Source: Gaiellaceae bacterium (lineage in GTDB: Bacteria > Actinomycetota > Thermoleophilia > Gaiellales > Gaiellaceae). From it: a stretch of 64,000 nt of DNA. The stretch covers positions 35,465-99,464 of the forward strand of contig DASZWI010000131.1 of the NCBI GenBank assembly GCA_035546715.1, given 5' to 3'. The notes beneath the pieces are model-generated. The model did not search any database and was not told where the DNA came from. It worked only from the letters and a program-made list of their open reading frames with translations. Numbering within the stretch: position 1 is the first letter of the stretch; each line of letters begins with the position of its first letter. Of this stretch, positions 1-8,077 are shown piece after piece. Made by a program: the position numbers and the translations under genes.

Positions 1-141
1 GCCCGGGCGCTCTACCGCGACGTCGACCTCGGCGAGCTGATCCCCGAGGAGTTCTTCGGCGCCGTGGCCGAGGTGCTCGCCTTCGTCTACCGCACCGCCA
101 GGCGCCGCGGCCGGCGCCGTCTGAGCCCGGCGGCGGCCTAA
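1..141 (+). CDS. flhB: FlhB C-terminal end (5' part outside window)
   Basis: Frame 1 reads ARALYRDVDLGELIPEEFFGAVAEVLAFVYRTARRR..* and ends at TAA 139-141. This matches the conserved IPxELYxAVAEVLAxVY tail of FlhB and lies directly upstream of flhA. Confidence 0.6.
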   Translation, partial: ARALYRDVDLGELIPEEFFGAVAEVLAFVYRTARRRGRRRLSPAAA

Positions 142-235
142 ACCGGTGCGGGCCGCGGCCGATCACCTGAACGCAGTGGGCGCTCCCCTCGTCCGTGCGT
201 GCGACCGTGCCCTCGACCCCGAGGGCTGCTGACGC

Positions 236-2284
236 ATGGAAGGACTGCTGAAGAAGCTCCTCGCGAAGAGCGACATGGCAGCGGCCGTCGCGATCGTCGT
301 CGTGGTCGTGATGATGATCGTGCCGCTGCCGGCGGCGCTCCTCGACGTGATCATCGCCCTGAACATCTCGGGCGCGCTCGCGATCGTCATCAGCACGATG
401 TACATGCCGCGCGGCATCGACTTCGCGTCGTTCCCGTCGCTCCTGCTCTTCACGACGCTCCTCCGCCTCGCGATCAACGTCAGCGTCACCAGGCTGATCC
501 TCCTGCACGGAGACGCCGGCGGCGTGATCCGTGCGTTCGGAAACGTGGTCGTCGGCGGGAACCTCGTCGTCGGCCTCGTCGTGTTCTTCATCCTCATCGT
601 CATCCAGTTCGTGGTGATCACGAACGGCGCGGGACGCGTGGCCGAGGTGGCCGCCCGGTTCACCCTCGACGCGATGCCCGGCAAGCAGATGGCGATCGAC
701 GCCGACCTCAACGCCGGCCAGATCACCGACGAGGAGGCGCGCCAGCGCCGCGCCGAGATCCGGCGCGAGGCCGACTTCTACGGCGCGATGGACGGCGCCT
801 CGAAGTTCGTCAAGGGCGACGCGACCGCCGGCCTGCTCATCGTCTCGATCAACCTGATCGGCGGCATCGTGGTCGGCGTGATCGAGCGGCACATGTCGAT
901 CTCGGACGCGATGCACACCTTCTCGCTGCTCACCGTCGGCGACGGCCTCGCCGCCCAGATCCCGGCGCTCCTCATCTCCACCGCGACGGGCATCATCGTC
1001 ACCCGCTCGGGCAGCGACGGCCGCGATCTCGGCACCGAGATGACGAGCCAGCTCCTCGGTCAGCCGCGCGCCACCGCGCTCGCCGGCGGCGTCGTCTGCG
1101 CGATGGGCCTGGTGCCGGGCCTGCCGAAGCTGCCGTTCTTCGTCGTCGGCGGCATCCTCTTCATGCTCGGCCGGATGATGAAGAAGCAGAAGGCCTCCGA
1201 GGCCCTCATGGCCGCCAGCACGCCCGCCGAGAAGGCCGCGCCGAGCGATCCGCTGGCGGGCGCCCTCCAGGTCGATCCGCTCGAGCTCGCGATCGGCTTC
1301 GGCCTCGTCCCCATGGTCGACCAGCGCGCCGGCGGCGGCCTCCTCGCGCGCGTGGGGCTTGTGCGCAGGCAGATCGCTGCCGATCTGGGAATCGTGATCG
1401 CACCGGTCCGCATCCACGACGAGGCCGTCCTGGAGTCGCACGAGTACGTGATGAAGGTCCGCGGCGCCGAGGTGGCGCGCGGCAAGCTCATCCCCGGGCA
1501 CCGCCTGGCCATGAACCCGGGGGATGCGATCGAGGGCCTCGCCGGCATCCCGACCGTCGAGCCGGCCTTCGGGCTCCCCGCCGTCTGGATCGAGGAGCGC
1601 GTCCGCGCCGAGGCGGAGGCGCTCGGCTACACCGTCGTCGACGGCGAGTCGGTGATCGTCACGCACCTGACGGAGATCATCCGCCGGCACGCCGACGAGC
1701 TGCTGACGCGCCAGGAGACGAAGAAGCTGCTCGACGAGCTGAAGGACGAGAACGCGGCCGCGGTCGACGAGATCGTCCCCGAGAAGCTCAGCATCGGCGA
1801 GGTGCAGCGCGCGCTCCAGCACCTGCTGCGCGAGGGCGTCTCGATCCGCGACCTCGGCACCATCCTCGAGGCGATCGGCGACCGGGCCCTCATCACGCGC
1901 GACCCGGCCCAGCTCGCCGAGGCGGCGCGCCAGGCGCTTGGGCGTACGATTACCGCGTCGTTCCTCGACGAGGAGAAGACCTTGCGTGCGATCTCGCTCG
2001 ACGCCGCCCTCGAGCACGAGGTGGCGGACTCGCTGGCGCAGACTCCCGAGGGCGAGGTGCTCGGGCTCGATCCCGTGCGCGCCCGCGCGCTGCTCGCGTC
2101 CCTCGGGGAGCAGGTCGACCGCCTCACGGCGAGCGGCCGCCGCCCGGTCGTGCTCTGCTCGAGCCGCGTCCGCAGGCATCTGCGCCGCCTCGTCGAACAG
2201 GCATTCCCGCAGTTGGCCGTGGTGTCGTACAACGAGATCGTTCCGGGTATCAAGGTTGAGACCGCAGGGCTGGTGAGCGCATGA
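236..2284 (+). CDS. flhA: Flagellar export gate protein FlhA
   Basis: 682-aa ORF. N-terminal TM region carries FHIPEP-type motifs (GAGRVAEVAARFTLDAMPGKQMAIDADLNAG), followed by a large cytoplasmic C-domain. ATGA overlap with the next gene. Confidence 0.97.
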   Translation: MEGLLKKLLAKSDMAAAVAIVVVVVMMIVPLPAALLDVIIALNISGALAIVISTMYMPRGIDFASFPSLLLFTTLLRLAINVSVTRLILLHGDAGGVIRAFGNVVVGGNLVVGLVVFFILIVIQFVVITNGAGRVAEVAARFTLDAMPGKQMAIDADLNAGQITDEEARQRRAEIRREADFYGAMDGASKFVKGDATAGLLIVSINLIGGIVVGVIERHMSISDAMHTFSLLTVGDGLAAQIPALLISTATGIIVTRSGSDGRDLGTEMTSQLLGQPRATALAGGVVCAMGLVPGLPKLPFFVVGGILFMLGRMMKKQKASEALMAASTPAEKAAPSDPLAGALQVDPLELAIGFGLVPMVDQRAGGGLLARVGLVRRQIAADLGIVIAPVRIHDEAVLESHEYVMKVRGAEVARGKLIPGHRLAMNPGDAIEGLAGIPTVEPAFGLPAVWIEERVRAEAEALGYTVVDGESVIVTHLTEIIRRHADELLTRQETKKLLDELKDENAAAVDEIVPEKLSIGEVQRALQHLLREGVSIRDLGTILEAIGDRALITRDPAQLAEAARQALGRTITASFLDEEKTLRAISLDAALEHEVADSLAQTPEGEVLGLDPVRARALLASLGEQVDRLTASGRRPVVLCSSRVRRHLRRLVEQAFPQLAVVSYNEIVPGIKVETAGLVSA

Positions 2285-3648
2285 CGAACACAGAGACGGA
2301 GACGAGGACCTACTTCGGGGAGACGCTCGAGGAGCTGCTCCCGAAGATCCGCGAGGAGCTCGGCCCCGACGCCCTCATCGTGCGCCAGCGCGAGGGCATC
2401 GTCGGCGGCATCGGCGGGTTCTTCGGCCGCAAGTGCGTCGAGGTGGAAGCGCGGCCCAGCCTGGTGCGCAGCACGCTGCCGCCCCGCGCCGTCGTCGACG
2501 CCTACGACACCGGGAACGATCTCGACGCCGCCGAGCCGTGGATGGCGCCGCCGCCCGAACTCGACCTCGAGGACGAGCTCGGCTCCGTCGCCGCCGACCC
2601 GGACGCCGACCGGCCGGGCAGCAACCGGCTGCTCGAAACGTTGCTGGCGCAGACCTCGCCGTTCGCGGAGCAGCTCTCGTCGGCCATCCAGATGGACGGC
2701 GTCCAGGCGCCGCAGGCCTCGCCCCGTGCGGAGGCCGCCGGCGCGCCCGAGCCCGCTCCCGCCTCCGAGCCGGCCGTCGAGGCCGCGCCGGCGCCCGTCC
2801 GCGCGCCTCGCGCCGTGCAGCGGGTCGTCGAGCCCGCGCCCGCCGCGCCGGACCCGGTCTCCGCGGCCCCGTCGCTGCAGCCGATCTCGCTCGACGAGCT
2901 GGCCGCCGTCCGCCGCGAGCTCGTCGACGCCGCCGTGCCCGTGCGTCTCGCCGGCGAGGTGCTCGCCGAGGTGGAGCGTACGCTGCGCCCGTTCGAGCCG
3001 AGCGTCCCGGTCCGCGACCTCGCCCGCCGCGCGCTCGCCCACCACATCCCGGTCGCGAGCGGCTGGCGCTCGAAGCGCCGGACGATCGCCCTGGTCGGGC
3101 TGCGCCACTCCGGCCGCACGCTGGCCGCCGCCGGCCTCTGCGCGGCCTTCGTCCGCGACGGCCGGTCGGTCGCCGCCGTCAGCCTCGAGCCGGCCCGCGC
3201 TGCGATGCGGCTCGCCGAGCTCACGAGCGCCGCCGACGTGGATCTCCAGATCGCCGACGCCCCCGATCTCGCCGCGCGCGTCCGTGGCATCGTCCGCGAC
3301 GCCGACGTCGTCGTCGCCGACACGCCGCCGCTCGCCGATCCGATCGACGGGAACCGCCTCGCCGCGACCCTCGAGCTGCTCGGAGCGCTGAAGCCCGACG
3401 AGACCCATCTGGTCGTGCCGGCCACGATGAGCCTCGACGACGCGCGGACGCTGGTCGACTCGCTCGCGCGACACAAGCTGCCCTCGCGGATCATCGTCAC
3501 GCACGCCGACTCGGCTGCCGCGTCCGGCGCTCCCGTCGGCCTCGCCCTGACGAACCGCATCCCGATCTCGTTCGTCGCCGCCGGCCCCGTGCTGGGTGCG
3601 CTGCGCCCGGCCGCGCCGGAGGCTCTCGCCCGGATGGTGCTGCAGTGA
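2281..3648 (+). CDS. flhF: FlhF-like SRP-type protein with degenerate GTPase motifs
   Basis: N-terminus MTNTETETRTYFGETLEELLPKIREELGPDALIV is typical of FlhF, and the position after flhA fits. The C-terminal NG-like domain reads GLRHSGRT / DTPP / THAD instead of GxxGxGKT / DTAG / TKLD. Confidence 0.8.
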   Translation: MTNTETETRTYFGETLEELLPKIREELGPDALIVRQREGIVGGIGGFFGRKCVEVEARPSLVRSTLPPRAVVDAYDTGNDLDAAEPWMAPPPELDLEDELGSVAADPDADRPGSNRLLETLLAQTSPFAEQLSSAIQMDGVQAPQASPRAEAAGAPEPAPASEPAVEAAPAPVRAPRAVQRVVEPAPAAPDPVSAAPSLQPISLDELAAVRRELVDAAVPVRLAGEVLAEVERTLRPFEPSVPVRDLARRALAHHIPVASGWRSKRRTIALVGLRHSGRTLAAAGLCAAFVRDGRSVAAVSLEPARAAMRLAELTSAADVDLQIADAPDLAARVRGIVRDADVVVADTPPLADPIDGNRLAATLELLGALKPDETHLVVPATMSLDDARTLVDSLARHKLPSRIIVTHADSAAASGAPVGLALTNRIPISFVAAGPVLGALRPAAPEALARMVLQ

Positions 3649-4280
3649 TCGGCAAGAAGAAGAAGCCCCAGGGCCCCAGGCTCAAGCTGCCGGACGTCAA
3701 CGACCGGATCGGCGTCGTGCTCGCCGACGGCCGCATGCTCACGACGCGCGTCGAGGACGTCGAGGAGCCCGACCTGCTCGTGGCGCCGCCGTCCGACCAC
3801 GGCGTCACGTACCTCCTCGCCCTGAAGGAGGAGGTGACGCTCGAGTGGACGACCGAGCGCGGCCTCTTCCAGGCGAGCGGCTCCGTCACGGCGCGGGTCG
3901 AGGCGGGCGTCCCGTTCGTCCGGATCAAGGTCGACGAGAGCACCGTGATCCAGCGCCGCGAGTACGTCCGCGTCGAGTGCGCGCTCGCCGTCGACGTGCG
4001 CCGGAACGGCGAGCGCCACACCGGCCTCACCCTCGACCTCTCGGGCGCCGGCGTCCGCGCCAAGGTCCCGGTCGAGCTCCAGCTCGACGACAAGGCGACC
4101 CTCGTCGTCTACCTCGGCCACTCGCCGTTCGAGGCGCAGGGCGAGGTCGTGCGGATCGACGGCGACAACACGTATGCGTTCCGCTTCCTGGGGCTGGATC
4201 CGCGGGAGCAGGAGCGGCTCGTCCAGTACGTCTTCCAGACCCATCGCCGCCAGCACGCGCGCATGCGGAGGACCGCCTGA
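3645..4280 (+). CDS. PilZ-domain (YcgR-like) c-di-GMP receptor
   Basis: GTG 3645 overlaps the flhF stop (GTGA). 211 aa. Carries the RxxxR motif (QRREYVR) and the DxSxxG motif (DLSGAG) of PilZ domains. Confidence 0.8.
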   Translation: MIGKKKKPQGPRLKLPDVNDRIGVVLADGRMLTTRVEDVEEPDLLVAPPSDHGVTYLLALKEEVTLEWTTERGLFQASGSVTARVEAGVPFVRIKVDESTVIQRREYVRVECALAVDVRRNGERHTGLTLDLSGAGVRAKVPVELQLDDKATLVVYLGHSPFEAQGEVVRIDGDNTYAFRFLGLDPREQERLVQYVFQTHRRQHARMRRTA

Positions 4281-4609
4281 TGGCGACGTCGAACGAGCCG
4301 AAGCTCACGTCGCTGTCCGAGCATCCGACCGCCGGCCCGGCCATCCGGCGCGCGAAGGCGATCGGCGGTCTCGTCGGGTTCGGGATCGCCGTCCTCGTGG
4401 GCCTCCAGATCGGGCAGCCGTTCGCCCCGATGGCCCTGCGCGCCGTCGAGCTCGGCCTGGCGGGCAACCTCGTCGCCTGGGCCGTCTCGGTCGCGATCTG
4501 GCGGCGGCTGCTCGCCGCGCAGGCGACCGTCACCGTGCGCGAGGTCCAGGAAGAGCGGCGCCGGCGCCTCGCCGAGCTCGAGGCCGAGACGCAGACCCCG
4601 GCTGAATGA
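4280..4609 (+). CDS. Small two-TM membrane protein, function unknown
   Basis: ATG 4280 overlaps the pilZ stop (ATGA). 109 aa. Two hydrophobic segments (AIGGLVGFGIAVLVGLQIG, LGLAGNLVAWAVSVAIW) precede a charged helical tail. GC3-rich codons. Confidence 0.5.
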   Translation: MATSNEPKLTSLSEHPTAGPAIRRAKAIGGLVGFGIAVLVGLQIGQPFAPMALRAVELGLAGNLVAWAVSVAIWRRLLAAQATVTVREVQEERRRRLAELEAETQTPAE

Positions 4610-4791
4610 CGACGCCGATCGAGCCCATCCAGCCCCGCGTGACCCCGCCGACGCCGGCGCGGCGCGTCGACCGCACGAGCCGCGACCCGCAGCGCGACCG
4701 CGGCGGCCGGCACGACCTGCGCGACGAGCAGGCCGAGGACGAGCCGGCGGACGGCGAGGATCCGGGCGTGCACGTCGACGTCCTGGCGTAG
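4606..4791 (+). CDS. Small charged, probably disordered protein (61 aa), function unknown
   Basis: ATGA overlap with the previous ORF. Nearly every codon ends in G/C, which is consistent with coding. No recognisable motif. Confidence 0.35.
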   Translation: MTTPIEPIQPRVTPPTPARRVDRTSRDPQRDRGGRHDLRDEQAEDEPADGEDPGVHVDVLA

Positions 4792-4808
4792 CGCCGAGAA
4801 ACTCCCCC

Positions 4809-4835
4809 TAAAGTCGTCGGCCGCGTTGCCGATGA
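4809..4835 (+). promoter_or_regulatory. Sigma-28 (FliA/SigD)-type promoter of flagellin 1
   Basis: TAAA (4809-4812), then exactly 15 nt, then GCCGATGA (4828-4835). Consensus is TAAA-N15-GCCGATAA. Lies 102 nt upstream of the flagellin ATG. Confidence 0.7.
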
Positions 4836-4850
4836 TTGGTCTGCACCGCG

Positions 4851-4873
4851 CGACTCGCCAAGGAGGCGGGTCG
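4851..4873 (+). promoter_or_regulatory. Leader hairpin presenting AAGGA in its loop (candidate CsrA site 1)
   Basis: CGACTCGCC-AAGGA-GGCGGGTCG forms a 9-bp stem (one G-U pair) with a GGA loop near the predicted 5' end of the flagellin 1 mRNA. Confidence 0.45.
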
Positions 4874-4923
4874 ACGGAGCCGGTCCGCAGGACGCGGGCC
4901 GAGGGATTGCACAACACGTTCTT

Positions 4924-4934
4924 CAAGGAGGAAG
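4924..4934 (+). promoter_or_regulatory. Shine-Dalgarno / candidate CsrA site 2 of flagellin 1
   Basis: CAAGGAGGAAG lies 4 nt upstream of ATG 4938. The GGA motifs overlap the SD, as in the B. subtilis hag leader. Confidence 0.5.
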
Positions 4935-4937
4935 AGC

Positions 4938-5756
4938 ATGTCCCTGAGTGTTCAGACGAACATCGCTGCGATGGACGCCCACCGCAACCTGGTTGGGACG
5001 ACCAGCTCCCTGCAGCAGTCGATGGAGCGCCTCAGCTCCGGCTATCGCATCAACAAGGCGGCCGACGACGCCGCGGGCCTCGCCATCAGCCAGAAGCTGC
5101 AGGCGCAGGTCGGCGGTCTCGATCAGGCCCAGCGCAACGCGCAGGACGCGGTGTCGCTGGTCCAGACGGCCGACGGCTCGATGAACGAGGTACAGGCGAT
5201 GCTGCAGCGCGTTCGCGACCTCGCGGTCGAGTACAACAACGGCACCCTGTCCACCTCGGACAAGGCCTCGATCACGAACGAGGTCGCCCAGCTCTGCGCT
5301 GAGGTCAGCCGCATCGCGAGCCAGACCAAGTTCAACGGCATCGCCCTTCTCTCGGGTGGCGCTTCGATCACGTTCCAGGTCGGTGCCGACGACGGCGAGA
5401 CCATCGTCGTCAGCGCGCGCAGCCTCTTCGGCTCGGGCACGAGCTTCGACATCGACTCGGCGATCTTCTCGTTCGGCTCCGGCACGGTCACGCTGGCCTC
5501 CATCGACGCGGCGATCAACTCCGTCTCGACGGCCCGCTCGACCTTCGGCGCCGTGCAGAACCGCCTCCAGCACACGCTCAACAACCTCGCCACGTACGAG
5601 GAGAACCTGAGCGCGTCGAACAGCCAGATCCAGGACGTCGACATGGCGTCGGAGATGGTGAACTTCACCAAGCTGCAGGTCCTGCAGCAGGCCGGCACCT
5701 CGATGCTGGCCCAGGCCAACAGCCAGGCGCAGTCGGTGCTCCGCCTCCTCGGCTAA
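4938..5756 (+). CDS. fliC: Flagellin (272 aa, short type without large D2/D3 insert)
   Basis: Internal ATG of ORF 4836..5756. N-terminus MSLSVQTNIAAMDAHRNL..LSSGYRINKAADDAAGLAIS and C-terminus GAVQNRLQHT..MVNFTKLQVLQQAGTSMLAQAN are the canonical flagellin D0/D1 segments. Confidence 0.97.
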   Translation: MSLSVQTNIAAMDAHRNLVGTTSSLQQSMERLSSGYRINKAADDAAGLAISQKLQAQVGGLDQAQRNAQDAVSLVQTADGSMNEVQAMLQRVRDLAVEYNNGTLSTSDKASITNEVAQLCAEVSRIASQTKFNGIALLSGGASITFQVGADDGETIVVSARSLFGSGTSFDIDSAIFSFGSGTVTLASIDAAINSVSTARSTFGAVQNRLQHTLNNLATYEENLSASNSQIQDVDMASEMVNFTKLQVLQQAGTSMLAQANSQAQSVLRLLG

Positions 5757-5820
5757 GCAGCACAGCTTCACGGCACGACCACAAGCACCACCACATAAGC
5801 AGGTCACATATAGGGGACAG

Positions 5821-5847
5821 GGCAGGGCCGCGAAAGCGGCCCTTGCC
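5821..5847 (+). terminator. Stem-loop downstream of flagellin 1
   Basis: GGCAGGGCCGC-GAAA-GCGGCCCTTGCC (one bulge), 65 nt after the stop. The T-tail is weak (CTTGGG). Confidence 0.4.
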
Positions 5848-5850
5848 CTT

Positions 5851-6075
5851 GGGAGGGGCACCTACGGTTCCCCTCCCAAACCCTCCCCTCCGACACTGGC
5901 GGGCTCGGACGGCCGTCCGGACCCGGGCGCCACACGGGACGGCTTGCTGCGGCTCGCGCCCGAGCAGGCTCGGGCGCTCGCGTAGGCCGCTCGTCTCGTA
6001 CCTGGTACGTCGCTCGGCGCCGTCAGGAAGCGCGGATCGGTTCCGGGCGATGTACCAGGTACGCGGGGTCTCGGC
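5851..6075 (+). repeat. Intergenic repeat copy 1 (modules A + middle + C)
   Basis: Contains hairpin A (GGGAGGGG..CCCCTCCC) at 5851-5877 and a conserved middle with the CGGACGGCCGTCCG palindrome. GTACCTGGTAC (5998-6008) and GTACCAGGTAC (6052-6062) are also present. By eye it aligns at roughly 85% with 56558-56690. Confidence 0.8.
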
Positions 6076-6076
6076 C

Positions 6077-7255
6077 CTAGCCCGCCGCTCTGAGCTGGCT
6101 GGCGAGAACGGCCAGGACCAGGACGGTGACCGCGGCGCTGAAGCCGATGCCGGCCGTCTTCAGGCTCGTCTCCTCGATCGTGATGCCGGCGGCGATGACC
6201 GGGACCGAGAGGCCGACGTACGTCACGACGAAGAAGCTCGAGGCGCTCTCGCCTCGGCGTTCCGCCGGGGCTCGCTGGTTGATCGCGGCCAGCGCGGCGC
6301 CGAAGACCACGCCCTGGCCGAGGCCGGCGACGATCGCGCTCGCGAACAGGGCGGCCGACGACTCGACGCCGATCGCCACGCCGAGCAACGTGGCCCCGGC
6401 CGCGAGGAAGGCGCAGCCGGCGGCGAGGCCGTGGCGTTCCGGCAGCCGGCGCAGGATCAGCTGGCCGGCGAGCGACATCGACATGAAGAGGAAGATCAGC
6501 AGGCCGGCGAGCGCGGGACTCCCGTGGTGCAGCTCCGTGGCGAGGAAGCCGGGGCCGACCGAGCTCAGGATCCCCGCGACGGCCGAGGCGGCGAAGCCCG
6601 CCGTCGCGGCGCGGGCGAAGACCGAGCGGATCTCGGCCGGGACGCCGAGCCGCTGCGGGCGCCAGCGGAGCCCGGGCGCCCGCTCGACCGTCTCCGGCGC
6701 GGCGAGGAGGCCGGCGATCGCGACGGCGACGAGCGCCAGGTCGACGGCGAACGGCAGCCGGAGCGGATGTCCGACGTAGGCGGCGAGCAGGCCGGAGAGC
6801 AGCGTGCCGCAGCCGAGCCCGCCGAGGTTGACGACCACCGCGAGCTGGCTCGTCCGCCTTCTGCGTTCGCGTGGGGCGAGGTCGACGAGATACGCCGTCG
6901 CCGTGCCCGTGAAGATCCCGGCCGAGACGCCGGTCACGACGCGAGCGACGTAGATCGGGCCGAGCGACGACCCGAAGAGGAAGAGCAGACCGCTGACCGC
7001 CGCCAGCACGAGGCCGAGCTGCAGCATCGGCCGCCGGCCGACGTGGTCGGAGAGGTTCCCCAGCGCGACGAGCCCGGCGATCACGCCGAAGGCGTAGACG
7101 GCGTAGATCACCGTCACCTGGAGCTCGCCGAACGAGTACCGCTGCTCGAGGTGCGGGTACAGCGGCGTCGGCAGCGTCGTGCTGAGCATCGCGACGGCGA
7201 ACGCGTACGCCGCGAGACCGAACCCCACCGACCGAGACACGGCGAACCTGGGCAA
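6077..7255 (-). CDS. MFS transporter
   Basis: 392 aa with about 12 hydrophobic segments. Has the MFS loop motif GNLSDHVGRRP between TM2 and TM3. Confidence 0.85.
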   Translation of the reverse strand: MPRFAVSRSVGFGLAAYAFAVAMLSTTLPTPLYPHLEQRYSFGELQVTVIYAVYAFGVIAGLVALGNLSDHVGRRPMLQLGLVLAAVSGLLFLFGSSLGPIYVARVVTGVSAGIFTGTATAYLVDLAPRERRRRTSQLAVVVNLGGLGCGTLLSGLLAAYVGHPLRLPFAVDLALVAVAIAGLLAAPETVERAPGLRWRPQRLGVPAEIRSVFARAATAGFAASAVAGILSSVGPGFLATELHHGSPALAGLLIFLFMSMSLAGQLILRRLPERHGLAAGCAFLAAGATLLGVAIGVESSAALFASAIVAGLGQGVVFGAALAAINQRAPAERRGESASSFFVVTYVGLSVPVIAAGITIEETSLKTAGIGFSAAVTVLVLAVLASQLRAAG

Positions 7256-7269
7256 GGCCGAGAAAGCTA

Positions 7270-7438
7270 GCGGTGGTGCCGGGCCGTACCGGCAGGGTCA
7301 GACCCCGGTCTGACCCTGGGGTGCGCGAGCCGGAGCGGGACCATCTCGCGTGGGCGCCGTGTCGCGGCCCGGGGCGGACGAGCTGTCGGTGCCGGAGGGG
7401 TGGGGTCGGGAGGGAACCGGAGGGGGTTCCCTCCCCGA
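7270..7438 (-). repeat. Intergenic repeat copy 2 (diverged; A hairpin abuts the infA stop)
   Basis: TCGGGAGGGAACC..GGTTCCCTCCCCGA hairpin at 7406-7438. Also the GGTCAGACC-cc-GGTCTGACC palindrome at 7296-7315. The reverse complement aligns loosely with the other copies. Confidence 0.6.
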
Positions 7439-7648
7439 CTACCGCTCGTCGCCGGGCCGGAGGCGGTACACGATGCGGCCGCGGGTGAGGTCGTAGGCGG
7501 AGAGCTCGATCCGGACACGGTCGCCGGGGTTCATGCGGATGCGGAAGCGCCGCATCTTCCCGGCGGTGTACCCAAGCGTCTCGTGACCGTTGTCGAGCTG
7601 GATCCGGAACATCCCGTTCCGGAGCGCCTCGACGATCTCGCCGGTCAT
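7439..7648 (-). CDS. infA: Translation initiation factor IF-1 homologue (may extend to ATA at 7675)
   Basis: The sequence ..[56 protein letters not shown] matches IF-1 throughout. The in-frame upstream codons read IAEKEEKVE, matching the IF-1 N-terminus. Confidence 0.85.
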   Translation of the reverse strand: MTGEIVEALRNGMFRIQLDNGHETLGYTAGKMRRFRIRMNPGDRVRIELSAYDLTRGRIVYRLRPGDER

Positions 7649-7746
7649 CTCGACCTTCTCTTCCTTCTCGGCTATTGCGTTGCTCCTGTCTCGAAAGGAC
7701 GGATCTCGAAAGATGGAACGGACGGCGGGCGGAGCCCGCCGTCACG

Positions 7747-7950
7747 TTACAGGGGAGTGACGTTGGCGGCCTGAGGGCCCTTGTCGCCCTGCTGCGCCTC
7801 GTACTCGACCTTTGCGCCTTCGTTCAGCGTCTTGTAGCCGCTGCCCTGAATCGCGCTGAAGTGGACGAACAGGTCCTTTCCCCCCTCATCCGGAGTGATG
7901 AACCCGAAGCCCTTGTCTGCGTTGAACCACTTGACGGTTCCGGTTGCCAT
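7747..7950 (-). CDS. cspA: Cold-shock protein (CspA family)
   Basis: 67 aa. [34 protein letters not shown] contains the RNP1 (KGFGFI) and RNP2 (VFVHF-like) motifs. Confidence 0.95.
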   Translation of the reverse strand: MATGTVKWFNADKGFGFITPDEGGKDLFVHFSAIQGSGYKTLNEGAKVEYEAQQGDKGPQAANVTPL

Positions 7951-7989
7951 GCGTTGTCACCTCCTTGCCGTGTCGTGAACGCGCAAGAA

Positions 7990-8005
7990 GGTGCCTGCCG
8001 GCACC
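7990..8005 (-). terminator. Short GC hairpin downstream of the CHAP gene
   Basis: Minus strand reads GGTGCC-GGCA-GGCACC followed by TTCTTG. The stem is only 6 bp, so this is weak. Confidence 0.25.
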
Positions 8006-8077
8006 ACCGCACTCGCTCAACTGCGACTTCGCGCGGGATTGTACCGGGAGTCGCGAACTCGGCAAGGTGCAGCCGGC

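Noticed and set aside
4606-4791. The 61-aa disordered ORF as the anti-sigma-28 factor FlgM.
   Set aside because: Its location and disorder are suggestive. However, the conserved C-terminal amphipathic helices of FlgM are not recognisable and the protein is shorter than known FlgMs. It is kept as hypothetical.
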